DNA of 64,000 nucleotides, taken from positions 7,626,001 through 7,690,000 of the forward strand of contig OZ249437.1 of assembly GCA_965235115.1 (NCBI GenBank). The letters run 5' to 3'. A program made the position numbers and the translations under genes. The notes beneath the pieces are model-generated. The model saw only the letters and a list, made by a program, of their open reading frames with translations. It did no database searches and was not told where the DNA came from. This DNA is from Laetmonice hystrix (taxonomy: Eukaryota). Below are positions 37,794 to 50,000 of this stretch, piece by piece (the first letter of the stretch is position 1; each line of letters opens with the position of its first letter).

Positions 37794-38290
37794 ATCGAAA
37801 TATTCACAAAGTGGACTTAGACGGAATGATCGAAATGTTCACAAAGTGATCGAAATGTTCACAAAGTGGACTTAGACAGAATGATCGAAATGTTCATAAA
37901 GTGGACTTAGACGGAATGATCGAAATGTTCAAAAAGTGATCGAAATGTTCATAAAGTGGACTTAGACGGAATGATCGAAATGTTCACAAAGTGGACTTAG
38001 ACGGAATGATCGAAATGTTCACAAAGTGATCGAAATATTCACAAAGTGGACTTAGACGGAATGATCGAAATGTTCACAAAGTGATCGAAATGTTCACAAA
38101 GTGAACTTAGACGGAATGATCGAAATGTTCACAAAGTCGACTTAGACGGAATGATCGAAATGTTCACAAAGTGGACTTAGACGGAATGATCGAAATGTTC
38201 ACAAAGTCGACTTAGACGGAATGATCGAAATGTTCACAAAGTGAACTTAGACGGAATGATCGAAATGTTCACAAGGTGGACTTAGACGGA
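37794..38290. repeat. Minisatellite of mixed 35-bp and 20-bp units
   Basis: GATCGAAATGTTCACAAAGT, with or without GGACTTAGACGGAAT. Confidence 0.95.
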
Positions 38291-39980
38291 GTGGGAAGTC
38301 AGTGTGTGTGTGTGGGGGGGGGGGGTGCGTGTGTGTGTGTGGGAGGAGGGGGGCAACATCCAACACAAATTTCTGACGACAAAAACAACTCGGACACGAA
38401 GAATGCAATAAACATCCGAGAATAGGAAGGCAAGTAGCCCAAACACACTTTCCAACTTCTGTTAAAATGAATTTTCCTTTTAGTGGCGAACGTTGCCTAA
38501 GAAAAGGGATACGACCTTGGTGGTTTTATCGAAGTTGGACAAGAAAAAAAGAAGACGATCTGGAAGTTTCCCGTATTTCGGCTCCATGGTATCCCGTAAT
38601 ATGCGCTATGATTTGTGCGAGATATTGGTGTTTTCATATCGAGATTTCCATGTTTTTTGCAATAATACCCATTGAATGACACTAAATGACACATTCAGTT
38701 TTGTTGTTCAGGAGTACACATTATGGGACTAAACTTGTGTTCAGTATGTGTAGTCCATACCCAGGTAGTTGGGGGACGCCACTCCGACGGGGTCCTCTTC
38801 CTCTACGACTGAAAACTCCCCGTTGATCTCTGCAGAGAAATGATTGAGCCAGACTTCTTATATATAAAAGATAGATAAATTATATATATAAAAAAGATTT
38901 TAACAAATCAAAAAAAAAGCACACAGATCTTGAGAACACTGCTCCTTTATTTCCCAAAGTTAGCTTTCAGAAAAAGCCAAGGAGAAGCACGACGGTCCAT
39001 AGATACATGGTGTTGTGGACAATATGGAGGCGGACGGATGGGTTTGGGAAGGCAGACAACCCATAACAATAAATAGAATATATTCATTCTAAATCTCTTA
39101 CCGTAGGTAAAATATATCTTGAAAACTCAACTAATAAAATCTTCCGTGATGTTTTAGAAATATGAAGGTAGTTTTGGTTTATTTGGGTTGCAATTTGGGC
39201 ATGAACGTTCAAACATCAGGGCTGGATACGCAAGCCTTGAGTTTAACGAATTCACCCTTGAGAACTGAGAGCCTTCTGAAATATTGCGACTTAAGGTCAG
39301 ACCTTGAGAGTTGAAATGTTTGTTACAATATACACTTACAACGAACCACTGACACAAGGAGTAAAAATACGTATCTCATATATACTTTCCATCTATTTCT
39401 ACCACTGAAATACTGTTCATACTATACCATTCCAATAAATAACACCAATTACTTCCAATAATATACATGTCATCATAAATTTACACATCCATTTCTCCAT
39501 TGAACTTCTGTAAAGGAAAGTTCAAACTTCAACAGATATGTACATAATTATTTTATCTACGCTTGTGTGTTTAAATTAATAAACTCTAGCATAGCAGTAT
39601 GCACAATTAATATATATGTAGTATGTGACACCATCCTTCAGAAGGACTAAACAAAGAACAGCTTTATCCACACCATATATTTCCGCCTGGATGCACCTAA
39701 TATACGTTTTACTGTTTATCACATGTATTTGTAATCATAGCACTTGCGCACGACTATAGGAAAAGGTGGCCGAAGTGGTACTCCCTTACAATTATATATT
39801 AAATACTTATGACAATATCCTAAGTCGGACCGAGTCTCCATACGTACAGATTGCAACTATAAGTTACCGGTACAATATACTAACTGACCGAAATGATCGG
39901 TATCGAAATTCCCGCGATCACAGAACGGTTGGAGGGATCGTACACAAAAGCTGCCATCTACAAGTCCCATCTCCCTGTAA

Positions 39981-40291
39981 AGGGCCTGATCCACTGGCCC
40001 GGTCGATTTAGGCATTTCACCGTTATGATTGGCCGTAAAATAAAAAATCACGAACACATGATTTTATGTTTTCGGTAAGATGCATTCTTGACTTTTTTTC
40101 CAGTACAGCCAACCATAGCAAAATCGGCCGGCCGGCCGGGCCAGTGGATCAGGTCCTATCGGCCGGCCGGCCGGCCGGGCCAGTGGATCAGACCAGCCGG
40201 CCGGCCGGGCCAGTGGATCAGGCCAGCCGGCCGGCCGGGCCAGTGGATCAGGCCCTATCAGCCGGCCGGCCGGGCCAGTGGATCAGGCCCT
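39981..40291. mobile_element. PIF/Harbinger-like MITE with five tandem copies of its right TIR, in the EFCAB7 3' UTR region
   Basis: Left end AGGGCCTGATCCACTGGCCCGG. Right side has CCGGCCGGGCCAGTGGATCAG x5 (~40130-40291). Confidence 0.8.
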
Positions 40292-40313
40292 GTAACACAA
40301 ATACCCTCACTCA

Positions 40314-43300
40314 TCATTTAATCACAGCCTCCGCAACACGAAGGCTCCACTCCTGACGTTCATTGCCCGGAAGAATATGGTGGGCAACCTGAAACAGGGG
40401 GAAAAGGGGTTATTGAGAAATAATCATTTCCTGAATCATAACTTTCAATAAATAAACATTTAAGTTATGTCATATTTTGTTTTCACGATTTGTTTTCTAT
40501 ATACATTTGTATGCAGGGAGACAGCACTATTGTGTGGCCAAAGGCTGGTACATGTACAGCTATTGGCATCAATTAAAACCAACCAAACTCTAACTGAATC
40601 TCTAATAATTCATACCTTGGCTGTTTTGGCTGGCACATCAATGGTATAATCGAGATGGTCCCGCTGGCTTACACAGTTCTTACTTCTACTGCAGTCGACA
40701 CTGATGGTCACCATGCTCCGAGACTGTTATAATACAATAAACACATGATTAGGATAATGAATCAATCCTCAAATACACTTAATCCACTATTAATCCAGGC
40801 CCATACCTAGCAGCTGCCCTCTCCAATCCCGGCCAGTAATTCAGGAAAACTTCAATTTTTTCCCTTTTAATTTGATAGAGTATGCTTTAATGCCAAATCT
40901 TAGACAGAACACCGTGTACTCTTTATTACATATTCTTGTCATCTTCAATTCTACTAATTTATCTAAGTCTTGAGCACTATATTATACTCCTGGTTCTCTC
41001 ATTACTGACATGTTGGGATAGGTCGTACCTTATTCTCGATGACAATGCAGGCACGGAAGTCGGTCATGTAAATGTGCAGGAAGAGGTCCTTCATGTTTTT
41101 AACCCTGGTCACTTCGCCCTACAAAGGTAAGACAAAATGTCACTACAGACAGTCATACTCAAAATCAGGATAGTGATGCTCTGGTTCATATCCTAGCGTG
41201 GTAACACTCAAACCTGATCTCGGGCAGCAACACTTTAAACCATATCTCAGAGTGGTGACACTCAAACCAGACCTTGGGTAGGGACACTTTAAACCATATC
41301 TCAGAGTGGTGACACTCAAACCAGACCTTGGGTAGCGTAGGGACACTTTAAACCATATCTCTGAGTGGTGACACTCAAACCAGACTTTGGGCAGGGACAC
41401 TTTAAACCATATCTTGGGCAGTGACACTTTAAACCATATTTCAATGCCATATACCACACCTTTAAGTCTATTTCAATGGCATTCCAATTCAGATCTCAGT
41501 TCTTAATCAGATTAATTACGCGATAACATGCAGCTCTACTTAGTCTTAGGTATTTAATCTTAGCTAGCTTTAGTGACTGAGTTAAGTGTGGGGTAAACTT
41601 CACCTTGTTGATAGTGGCCTCACTCAGGGCCCGTTCCATCCGGCTGCCTCCAGGACCAAGTTCAATGATCTTCATATTAGGGTTGCAGTCTTCCGCGTAG
41701 ACTTCCACTATAAACGGCACTGCCTAAAATTGATAACCAAGGGCGTCAACACTTGACATCTGACCAGATTCAAAGATGTATGATACTGACAATCCACAAC
41801 AATCCTTGACCTAAATAAGCACTCTATTATACCAAGGAATTAATGACGTTATTCTATGCCATAAGTAGGCTGAGATACGAAAGTACATGCCAAATAAATA
41901 AGCATCCAGTTTGTATCCGGTGCAAATTTCAAGATTTATGTTGAGCATACCTCGTCCATGACGAGTCCCTTGTTGTAGCCCATACTACTCAAGGTCACCC
42001 AGAGGTCATCCGTGTCACCCATGTTGTCCTCAGCCTCCATTTGGTTCAGGGTTAGGAACCCAGCCCGAGTCATCTCTCCATTTTTCAGTTCTACATTTTC
42101 TGTGATTATGGAATAAAAATAAATATTTTACTTTCATTACTACATGACACATTGACAGTAATGGTTCATTCATACTCCATGTATATGTCACTTTTCAACC
42201 AATAAACTTCACTCTGAAAGTTTAGAGGGATGACACAAAGTCAGAACCAGGTGTCAGGGTGGTCATAGCCTGTTTACTCAGTAACTGAAACTGTGACTGC
42301 AGCAGTTGGCTGAGAACTACATCCTCAGAACAAACTATAGTACCAAATTCTAGATATGGGACGTAGTGCTAGCAGATTCTTAGTAACTGCTTCAGACATT
42401 CTTCCTGGGACTGGACCCTAAAACTTGATGGGAGCACCATATACATGGGTATTACTATAGAATAACCTACAATACAAAGGTGTTGAAAAATGAAGGAGCT
42501 GTAATTTTTTAGTAATTACTCAGGACCTTCAGATATATCTGTGAGCATGCTTGTATCGATATAACACGTTCAATACTCTCTGGTAGAAATTGCGCAAACT
42601 TTCAAACTTGGCTCATGCAAGCGCGGCATTCTTTCAAACATCGATCCATGTAATTTAAGGTCATTACTTGGAACCCCCTGTCCTATACCTCACCCTCTGT
42701 GTAACCATTCATTAAAGTGAATTATGCCTAAACGAGGACCCAGCAGGTGAGTGATGACAAGTGGGCAGACAACCCCAAGTGGATCAGTGTAATGACAATA
42801 GAAACCACCTCCGGGAGGTGTTCTTGCTTACCTCCAATGTAAAACGCAGGTTGAACGAGAGGGTAAGGCATTAGGACAGGTACGAGTCAGAGAGGTAACA
42901 GTGTGTAACGTCCAGAACAGATGGTATTTATTTGTGAAGGTATCAAAGTGTATACAATCTGTCCCTTTTAACCTACTTGCCCTGGAATTTTTACAGCAGG
43001 AATTCAAGCACATGCTGCTATCAGGGTCAAGGAACAGAAAGTTGTTTTTTTAAAACATTACAAAAGGCGTAACACCTGGGAAGTGACATGTTGTTGCCGA
43101 CAAGTTGTCACTGAAGTGGGGTACCTTACCTTCCACGACTTCCCATTCCTCATCCGCCACCTCCTCCCCACTGGTCCGTAGGTTGAACCAGTTGAACTCA
43201 TCCCGACTGAGCAGGCCGTTTCCGTCAAGGTCACACACCTCGAACACGTCAGTTAGCACTTCCCTAACGCAATCAGAACACTTTATTGAACAACTAGACT

Positions 43301-45369
43301 AAAGGTAGGCAGAGAGTGGAAGAAATGTTGAACAGGCCTTCCTCCTAACTCTAACTAAACCTAAACCTAACTAAGTATCCTTAACATTCATGGAACTGTC
43401 CATAAACAGAGAAGTCTTTTTAAAGGGAGAATTTTAACTAAAACTTCTGTCAGAGCAGAAGAAAGATACACAAATATCAGACAAATGTTGTCTTGAAAGA
43501 CTTGAACTGTTTGTTGACACAGATTGTTAGAAACCAAAAAAAGATGAAGTTAAAGGTTTGACTCACTTGAAAGCTTTGGTCAGGACAAACTGATCGTCCT
43601 TGTCTTTCTTAACGAGTTTTGTCTCGACCCTGGCATCAGTTTTCCGCCGACGGAAGCGGCATCCAGTGTTCAGGGGCATGAGGATATACCGGCCTTTCTC
43701 TAGGTCACACCTTACACAATACCGCTACAAATATAACATCCGCTTTGTCAATGAACAGACACGGGTGGATTCCGTGAGAGCTGTCAGGGAGTATAGGAAC
43801 TTCTCCCGACCTACGGAGTCAATATTTCTAGTGTTTCAAAGCAGTCCAAGTTGTAACCCCCTTGTTTAAAGTGTTCCGTTCTGGATACCCTGTTGTCCCA
43901 AATTCTCCATTCCCCCTGTATATTTATTGCTGTAACATGCAAACATTAGGATCAATCACCCCTTTCAAGTCTCTCTGTTCGGTGAGTGTCACCAGGATGT
44001 TTCCATCTTCATTCGGACGTTCCCGCAGCACTAACAGTGCTGTTTCCCGCGGTGCGGCTCCAACTTCACGGCCACTATTCATGTCACCTGTCATTATTGT
44101 ACAAATATTAACCACAGCTCCAACTTCATGGCCACTATTCATGTCACCTGTCATTATTGTACAAATATTAACCACAGCTCCAACTTCATGGCCACTATTC
44201 ATGTCAGCTGTCATTATTGTACAAATATTAACCACAGCTCCAACTTCATGGCCACTATTCATGTCACCTGTCATTATTGTACAAATATTAACCACAGCTC
44301 CAACTTCATGGCCACTATTCATGTCACCTGTCATTATTGTACAAATATTAACCACAGCTCCAACTTCATGGCCACTATTCATGTCACCTGTCATTATTGT
44401 ACAAATATTAACCACAGCTCCAACTTCATGGCCACTATTCATGTCACCTGTCATTATTGTACAAATATTAACCACAGCTCCAACTTCATGGCCACTATTC
44501 ATGTCACCTGTCATTATTGTACAAATATTAACCACAGCTCCAACTTCATGGCCACTATTCATGTCACCTGTCATTATTGTACAAATATTAACCACAGCTC
44601 CAACTTCATGGCCACTATTCATGTCACCTGTCATTATTGTACAAATATTAACCACAGCTCCAACTTCATGGCCACTATTCATGTCACCTGTCATTATTGT
44701 ACAAATATTAACCAAAGCTCTGACTTCGCAGCTACTGTTCATATCACCTGTCATAATTGTACAAATATTAACCCCAGCTCTGACTTCACTATGAAATCAA
44801 CAATTTATTGACTAAGGTTGAACTTACCAGCTGTGCCGAGAGAGAGCGGCTCAATGGTGATCCACACTGACGTATCTTTGGACAGATGGAGTGAATACTG
44901 ATGGGACACTATAGTACCGTCCTCCTCAAAGAAAAAGCACCCTTTGCTGTGGGTCAAGGCCCAATCCTGAAAACAAACAAGTTCCAAAGCATGTATGTAA
45001 AACATGTGGATTTTTTATGTTTAATATGTCTGGTCAGCCATAGGCAGGAACAGACCCCAGCGCAAAACGCTGTGAAGGATGCCTATCAGTTATTAAATAA
45101 TCTATAATAAAAATAAAACTATGGACCCGTGACCTAGCCCCTGGTAGGCCTGGGCCCCCGAGTAGTTAGCCCTCCTCTTCTCTTGGCGCTCCTGTGTCTG
45201 GTCTATGGATTTTCTGTTAAAATAATGTTTACTGTTGGTTTTTCTAAGTACAGTACCGAGCAAAAACTTCATGTTACCTTAAGCCTTTTGGGTTCTGGAA
45301 GTTTGATTTTCTTTAGAGCCACAGGTGACTTTGTCCGTTCCTTGGGATGAGAAGAGGACTTGGAATCAT
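40314..45369 (-). CDS. EFCAB7: EF-hand calcium-binding domain-containing protein 7, conserved C-terminal exons
   Basis: Exons 45369-45278, 44966-44828, 44087(or up to 44747)-43960, 43724-43567, 43263-43130, 42099-41951, 41723-41604, 41118-41029, 40723-40616, 40388-40314, all phase-consistent. Matches vertebrate EFCAB7 motifs SKGCFFFEEDG..SHQY, ETAL, NTGCRF, DVFEVCDLDGNGLLS...FNLRTSGE, DLWVTLSSMGYNK, PFIVEVYAE, SKNC and NERQEW. Confidence 0.93.
41175..41440. repeat. ~54-bp intronic minisatellite (27-bp halves)
   Basis: GTGACACTCAAACCAGACCTTGGGTAGGGACACTTTAAACCATATCTCAGAGTG, repeated about 4-5 times. Confidence 0.9.
44055..44795. repeat. 60-bp minisatellite (~12 units) spanning an EFCAB7 3' splice site
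   Basis: Minus-strand unit TGGTTAATATTTGTACAATAATGACAG|GTGACATGAATAGTGGCCATGAAGTTGGAGCTG; successive 60-base lines of the listing are essentially identical. Confidence 0.97.
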
Positions 45370-46373
45370 CTGATGGAAAAAAATTACAGTTTACATTACA
45401 ATGTATCTCTGATCAGATGCTTTGTAACGGTAGTAGAATCTAAGACAAAAACATACTGCCTATTTTCTTTAAAATCAAAATTTTCATGGTAATTTTCAGG
45501 TCAAACATACATGTACATAAAAGAATACCGGTGATCAATATGTTTTGTTCTTGGATAAATGCAAATAAAACGTACACATGTGATGTAAATTTAATTTGCT
45601 ATCTTTTATGATCTCATGCCATTAGTTGTTTTACAAAATTAAGACACGTTTTCTTTGGTTCAGTTTTTAGGGTTGCTTAGATGTAATGAGGTCCCTTATT
45701 AATATTCTAGCAGTTATTAACGTTTAACTTTCTATTGGTGTTTTAAACACTTATGACACGATTATGTTACCACCGGAGTTTTGTATAAACAAGAGTTCTA
45801 AATCACCTTTTCTACATAAATCTACCCATACCGTAACATCTATAGCACTCCGGAGATTAGTACCACTGTCAGATATTAGTAATCAGCATGTAAAAAATTA
45901 CATGCAGTTCTCTACGGATATCTAAAACACTCCAAAAAAATTCTAAAAATACGAAACATTGCTGATAGAGATTTGTCATGTACAACCTCTGATATTTGTA
46001 CAGACTTGCTTCATCTGAACAGCCTGACATTGTGATAAATATGATCCCCTTTTGAAATCTACAGGATAGGGAATCATCACCAAAAGGATGAGTGAAGTGG
46101 AGCTATCAAGTATGTACATGGATTGTAAGGCATCTTGATTCCAGAGAAACCTGGATTATCGAGGTCCTGCTGGATAGGTAGATCATCATCAGTGTTTGTA
46201 ACCATTTAATACAGTCGGCTGACACCCTTTGAATCATAACACCCTTCTTAAAATGTAAAAAAAACCTACATACTACATCATTTGTATATATGTCTATCCA
46301 AGTCCGATTTTAAGGAGGTGCTAAAGTCAAACGGGCTCTTAAATCAACACATCGTCATATATCATTGCCCATA

Positions 46374-46552
46374 CAGGGTTTTCAGGAGGTCTCATCTTTT
46401 TCTTTGGAAGGGGGGGGGGGTCCCCAAAATATTACCAGAGCTAGGATACCTGTCCTGGGTGCCCCAAAAGGTGCTCCACACAAAGTTCCCCACAAATGTC
46501 GAGACCCCCCCCCCCCCCCTCTAAAAACGGAGAAAACCTCCAGGAAACCCTG
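46374..46552. mobile_element. CAGGG-ended MITE (hAT-like)
   Basis: CAGGGTTTTCAGGAGGT...ACCTCCAGGAAACCCTG, with flanks CCATA/CTATA (5-bp TSD, one mismatch). Confidence 0.7.
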
Positions 46553-47081
46553 CTATAGTTAATATTACAGGCATAAAAGCGGTTAAATATGTACAGATTT
46601 TTTATTCAAGCATTCATGCTATGGTTTACCGGTATTTGTGACACCAGAAGCTTCTACGTCTGAACATGCCATTGGATCTATCGGCAAAATATTCGGCACG
46701 CTTTCAATAATAGTGTCTAAAACATGGCCTGTTCTTTGACTTCCTGGCTGAGGGGCCCACACAATCATCTTTGGGGAGACAAATTTATTTCTAAATATTT
46801 TTTCTGGTCTGTGAACCATTGTATTGTAGTGCTGTCTGGAATACAAAATAACTGAAATTCATTGAAAACGGACACATCCAGATATCAGACAGTCTGGCAG
46901 GCTAGCCTAGTTAATTAGGACTTCCTACCAGGAAGGTCTTCCGTATTTCAGACACTGATTATTGGTACCAGCTGCAATAAAAAGTGAGTCAGCTGAAGGC
47001 AGGGAGTGACGTGGGGGTCGGGCGGGGAGTGAGGGGGGGGGGAGGGGTCTGAAATTATCCACGCAGTCTGTAATGCAGTAC

Positions 47082-50000
47082 CTGTCTCCGAATCTTTCGT
47101 CATATCGCGTTCTCTCGACTTACGAGGCCGGGGTTTAGGTACGTCATTGTCATTTTCGCCTGAAAAAGAGTTTTCTGAATATCTAGTAAGCAAACTGTTA
47201 GCAGCACACAAAACACACACTCTTATTTCAGAGATCTCTGATCTCTTCTTGTTTTCCTGACCAGAAATTAAGCCAAAAAATCTCGCAAAGTGTGGTGGTT
47301 TTTTTTCCAGAATCATGTATTTTATTCAATGGCTACACATAAGTCTGTCCTTTCAGCCGGCCAGTTCATCACAAACCACACAACTGGCGTCTTCTATTCT
47401 CGCACACATACCAGTAATGTGTTATGTATTTCTTTAAAGACAAAATCAATTTCTAATTAAAATATCATAATTAGACATAATAAAAACAGTCTGTGAAATT
47501 GCGCAGAAACCTTTTAAGTGTCTCACGGGAAAGTGCAATACAGTGTGTGACCTTCCTAACATGTAATCTTCTGTAAACGAATGGGAAGAGGGTGGGAGAA
47601 ACAACGGGATATCTTCAGGTTGGCCTTTGTACTCGTCATTTCACACCGCAACATCATGAAATTTTACTGCATGGCTTAAAAAAACGTTATGTGCCCTATA
47701 TGTTACAGTGTATCCTGTTACAGTGTATCCGGTACAAATCCTACAACAGTACACAGCACTTGTTAACACCACAGTCAAATCTTTCAATTTCTCAAACCGA
47801 AGACGAGTTTACTATCCAGGACATTACCGGTACACAATTGGTGAAACATTATATTCTGACCTTCCTTATGTTTGTTTCCTTGTCAGTAAATGTCATATTC
47901 TTGTGTCGGTATCACGCCTTGGCCTTGAACTGATAACCGTTCATTTAGTAAGGTTTGGATGGGTTCTACGTTATTGCATTCCTGCCATTTGATAAGTTTG
48001 TAGATAGGGTCATTTATACGTCTATTAGAGCTTGACTCACTTCCAACATGACATATGATCTGCTTATATTTCAATGTCATGGTGCTTGCCCAGTAATAGT
48101 CACTGTCTGGGTATGTCCCATCTTCGGACCACTGAGAACTTCAAGTACAAGTACCAGCAATGGGGCATATACAGTCACTTTTAAAAGCCAATACTGATAG
48201 GGAAAAACCTAACAATAATATTTGGTTTTAAACTAAATAAATAAATCAAATAAATAAAACCTCCAGTCCCCACGACTGTGGTGTGATGGTCTGTATGTTG
48301 CGTGTAGATACATCTTGCGTATGTATGTCTAAAATGTAATCTATTATATAACGGGACACCATCTCTGCGGACAAGGTCCCCATCTTCATCCCAGTTCCAT
48401 GCCATCTCTTTCCCATGATGCTCTCATGAAGTCGTCGAGTTGTTGTCCGTGTCAGAAGTCAATGTCCTAAACACACGACACAACACCTCTGTTAACGACA
48501 ACGTCGCAATGCTTTCCCTGCCCTAGTCCGAGTTTAACACCAGTATTTATAAATGGATTTAAGTTAAGGTTTTCCTTATAACTGGGTATTTTTCTGTTTG
48601 AAATTACGAGTGATTCTAAATAACAAAATTGCGGGAAATAAACATCTAAGCGTGGAATTCAGATTTTCACAGAATGTGCCAAGATGGTACCTAAATTACT
48701 AATATAGAATCATCCGTACACGTACTAGAAGACCAACAATTTCAATGCCCTTGAAGTAAGTTCCCATGAACAGCGGTCAAGTAATGAAAGCAGGAATACT
48801 TAAACGTTAGACTGTTTCAGAAAGATTCAGTGCAGGAGGACCACACGTGGTTTCAAACAAAGTGGAAGAACAGAAAAGTACGGATACTGGGCACAACACT
48901 AACCAGGTCAGTGATAACCAACGTCAAGGCCTTATACAACACTAACCAGGTCGGTGATAACCAACGTCAAGACCTTATACAACACTAACCAGGTCAGTGA
49001 TAACCAACGTCAAGGCCTTATACAACATTAACCAGGTCAGTGATAACCAACGTCAAGGCCTTATACAACACTAACCAGGTCAGTGATAACCAACGTCAAG
49101 GCCTTATACAACACTAACCAGGTCGGTGATAACCAACGTCAAGGCCTTATACAACACTAACCAGGTCAGTGATAACCAACGTCAAGCCACTAACCAGGTC
49201 GGTGATAACCAACGTCAAGGCCTTATACAACACTAACCAGGTTGGTGATAACCAACGTCAAGGCCTTATACAACACTAACCAGGTCGGTGATAACCAACA
49301 TCAAGGCCTTATACAACACTAACCAGGTCGGTGATAACCAACGTCAAGGCCTTATACAACACTAACCAGGTCAGTGATAACCAACGTCAAGGCCTTATAC
49401 AACACTAACCAGGTTGGTGATAACCAACGTCAAGGCCTTATACAACACTAACCAGGTCAGTGATAACCAACGTCAAGGCCTTATACAACACTAACCAGGT
49501 CGGTGATAACCAACGTCAAGGCCTTATACAACACTAACCAGGTCGGTGATAACCAACGTCAAGGCCTTATACAACACTAACCAGGTCAGTGATAACCAAC
49601 GTCAAGGCCTTATACAACACTAACCAGGTCAGTGATAACCAACGTCAAGGCCTTATACAACACTAACCAGGTCAGTGATAACCAACGTCAAGGCCTTATA
49701 CAACACTAACCAGGTCAGTGATAACCAACGTCAAGGCCTTATACAACACTAACCAGGTCAGTGATAACCAACGTCAAGGCAGGGGTGGAAATTAAAGTTT
49801 TTAGGAACTAGACAGCCGGGCTAGTAAAGCAAAAAATCAACTAGCCCGGATGAAAAATTATTAGCCCACATGATGGAAACGTCTGATGCCCGATTCTGTT
49901 TTGCAATAAATTAATCCCAGTCAGGCCTATCTCCAGAATATGCTACTCGCCAACCGGGCATGTGTTCTGTGAATGTCTAGTCGCCCGAGCTCGAATTCTG

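Noticed and set aside
43862-44811. 310-aa and 227-aa + strand ORFs
   Set aside because: Antisense translations of the 60-bp repeat; only the - strand frame joins EFCAB7 homology and splice phase.
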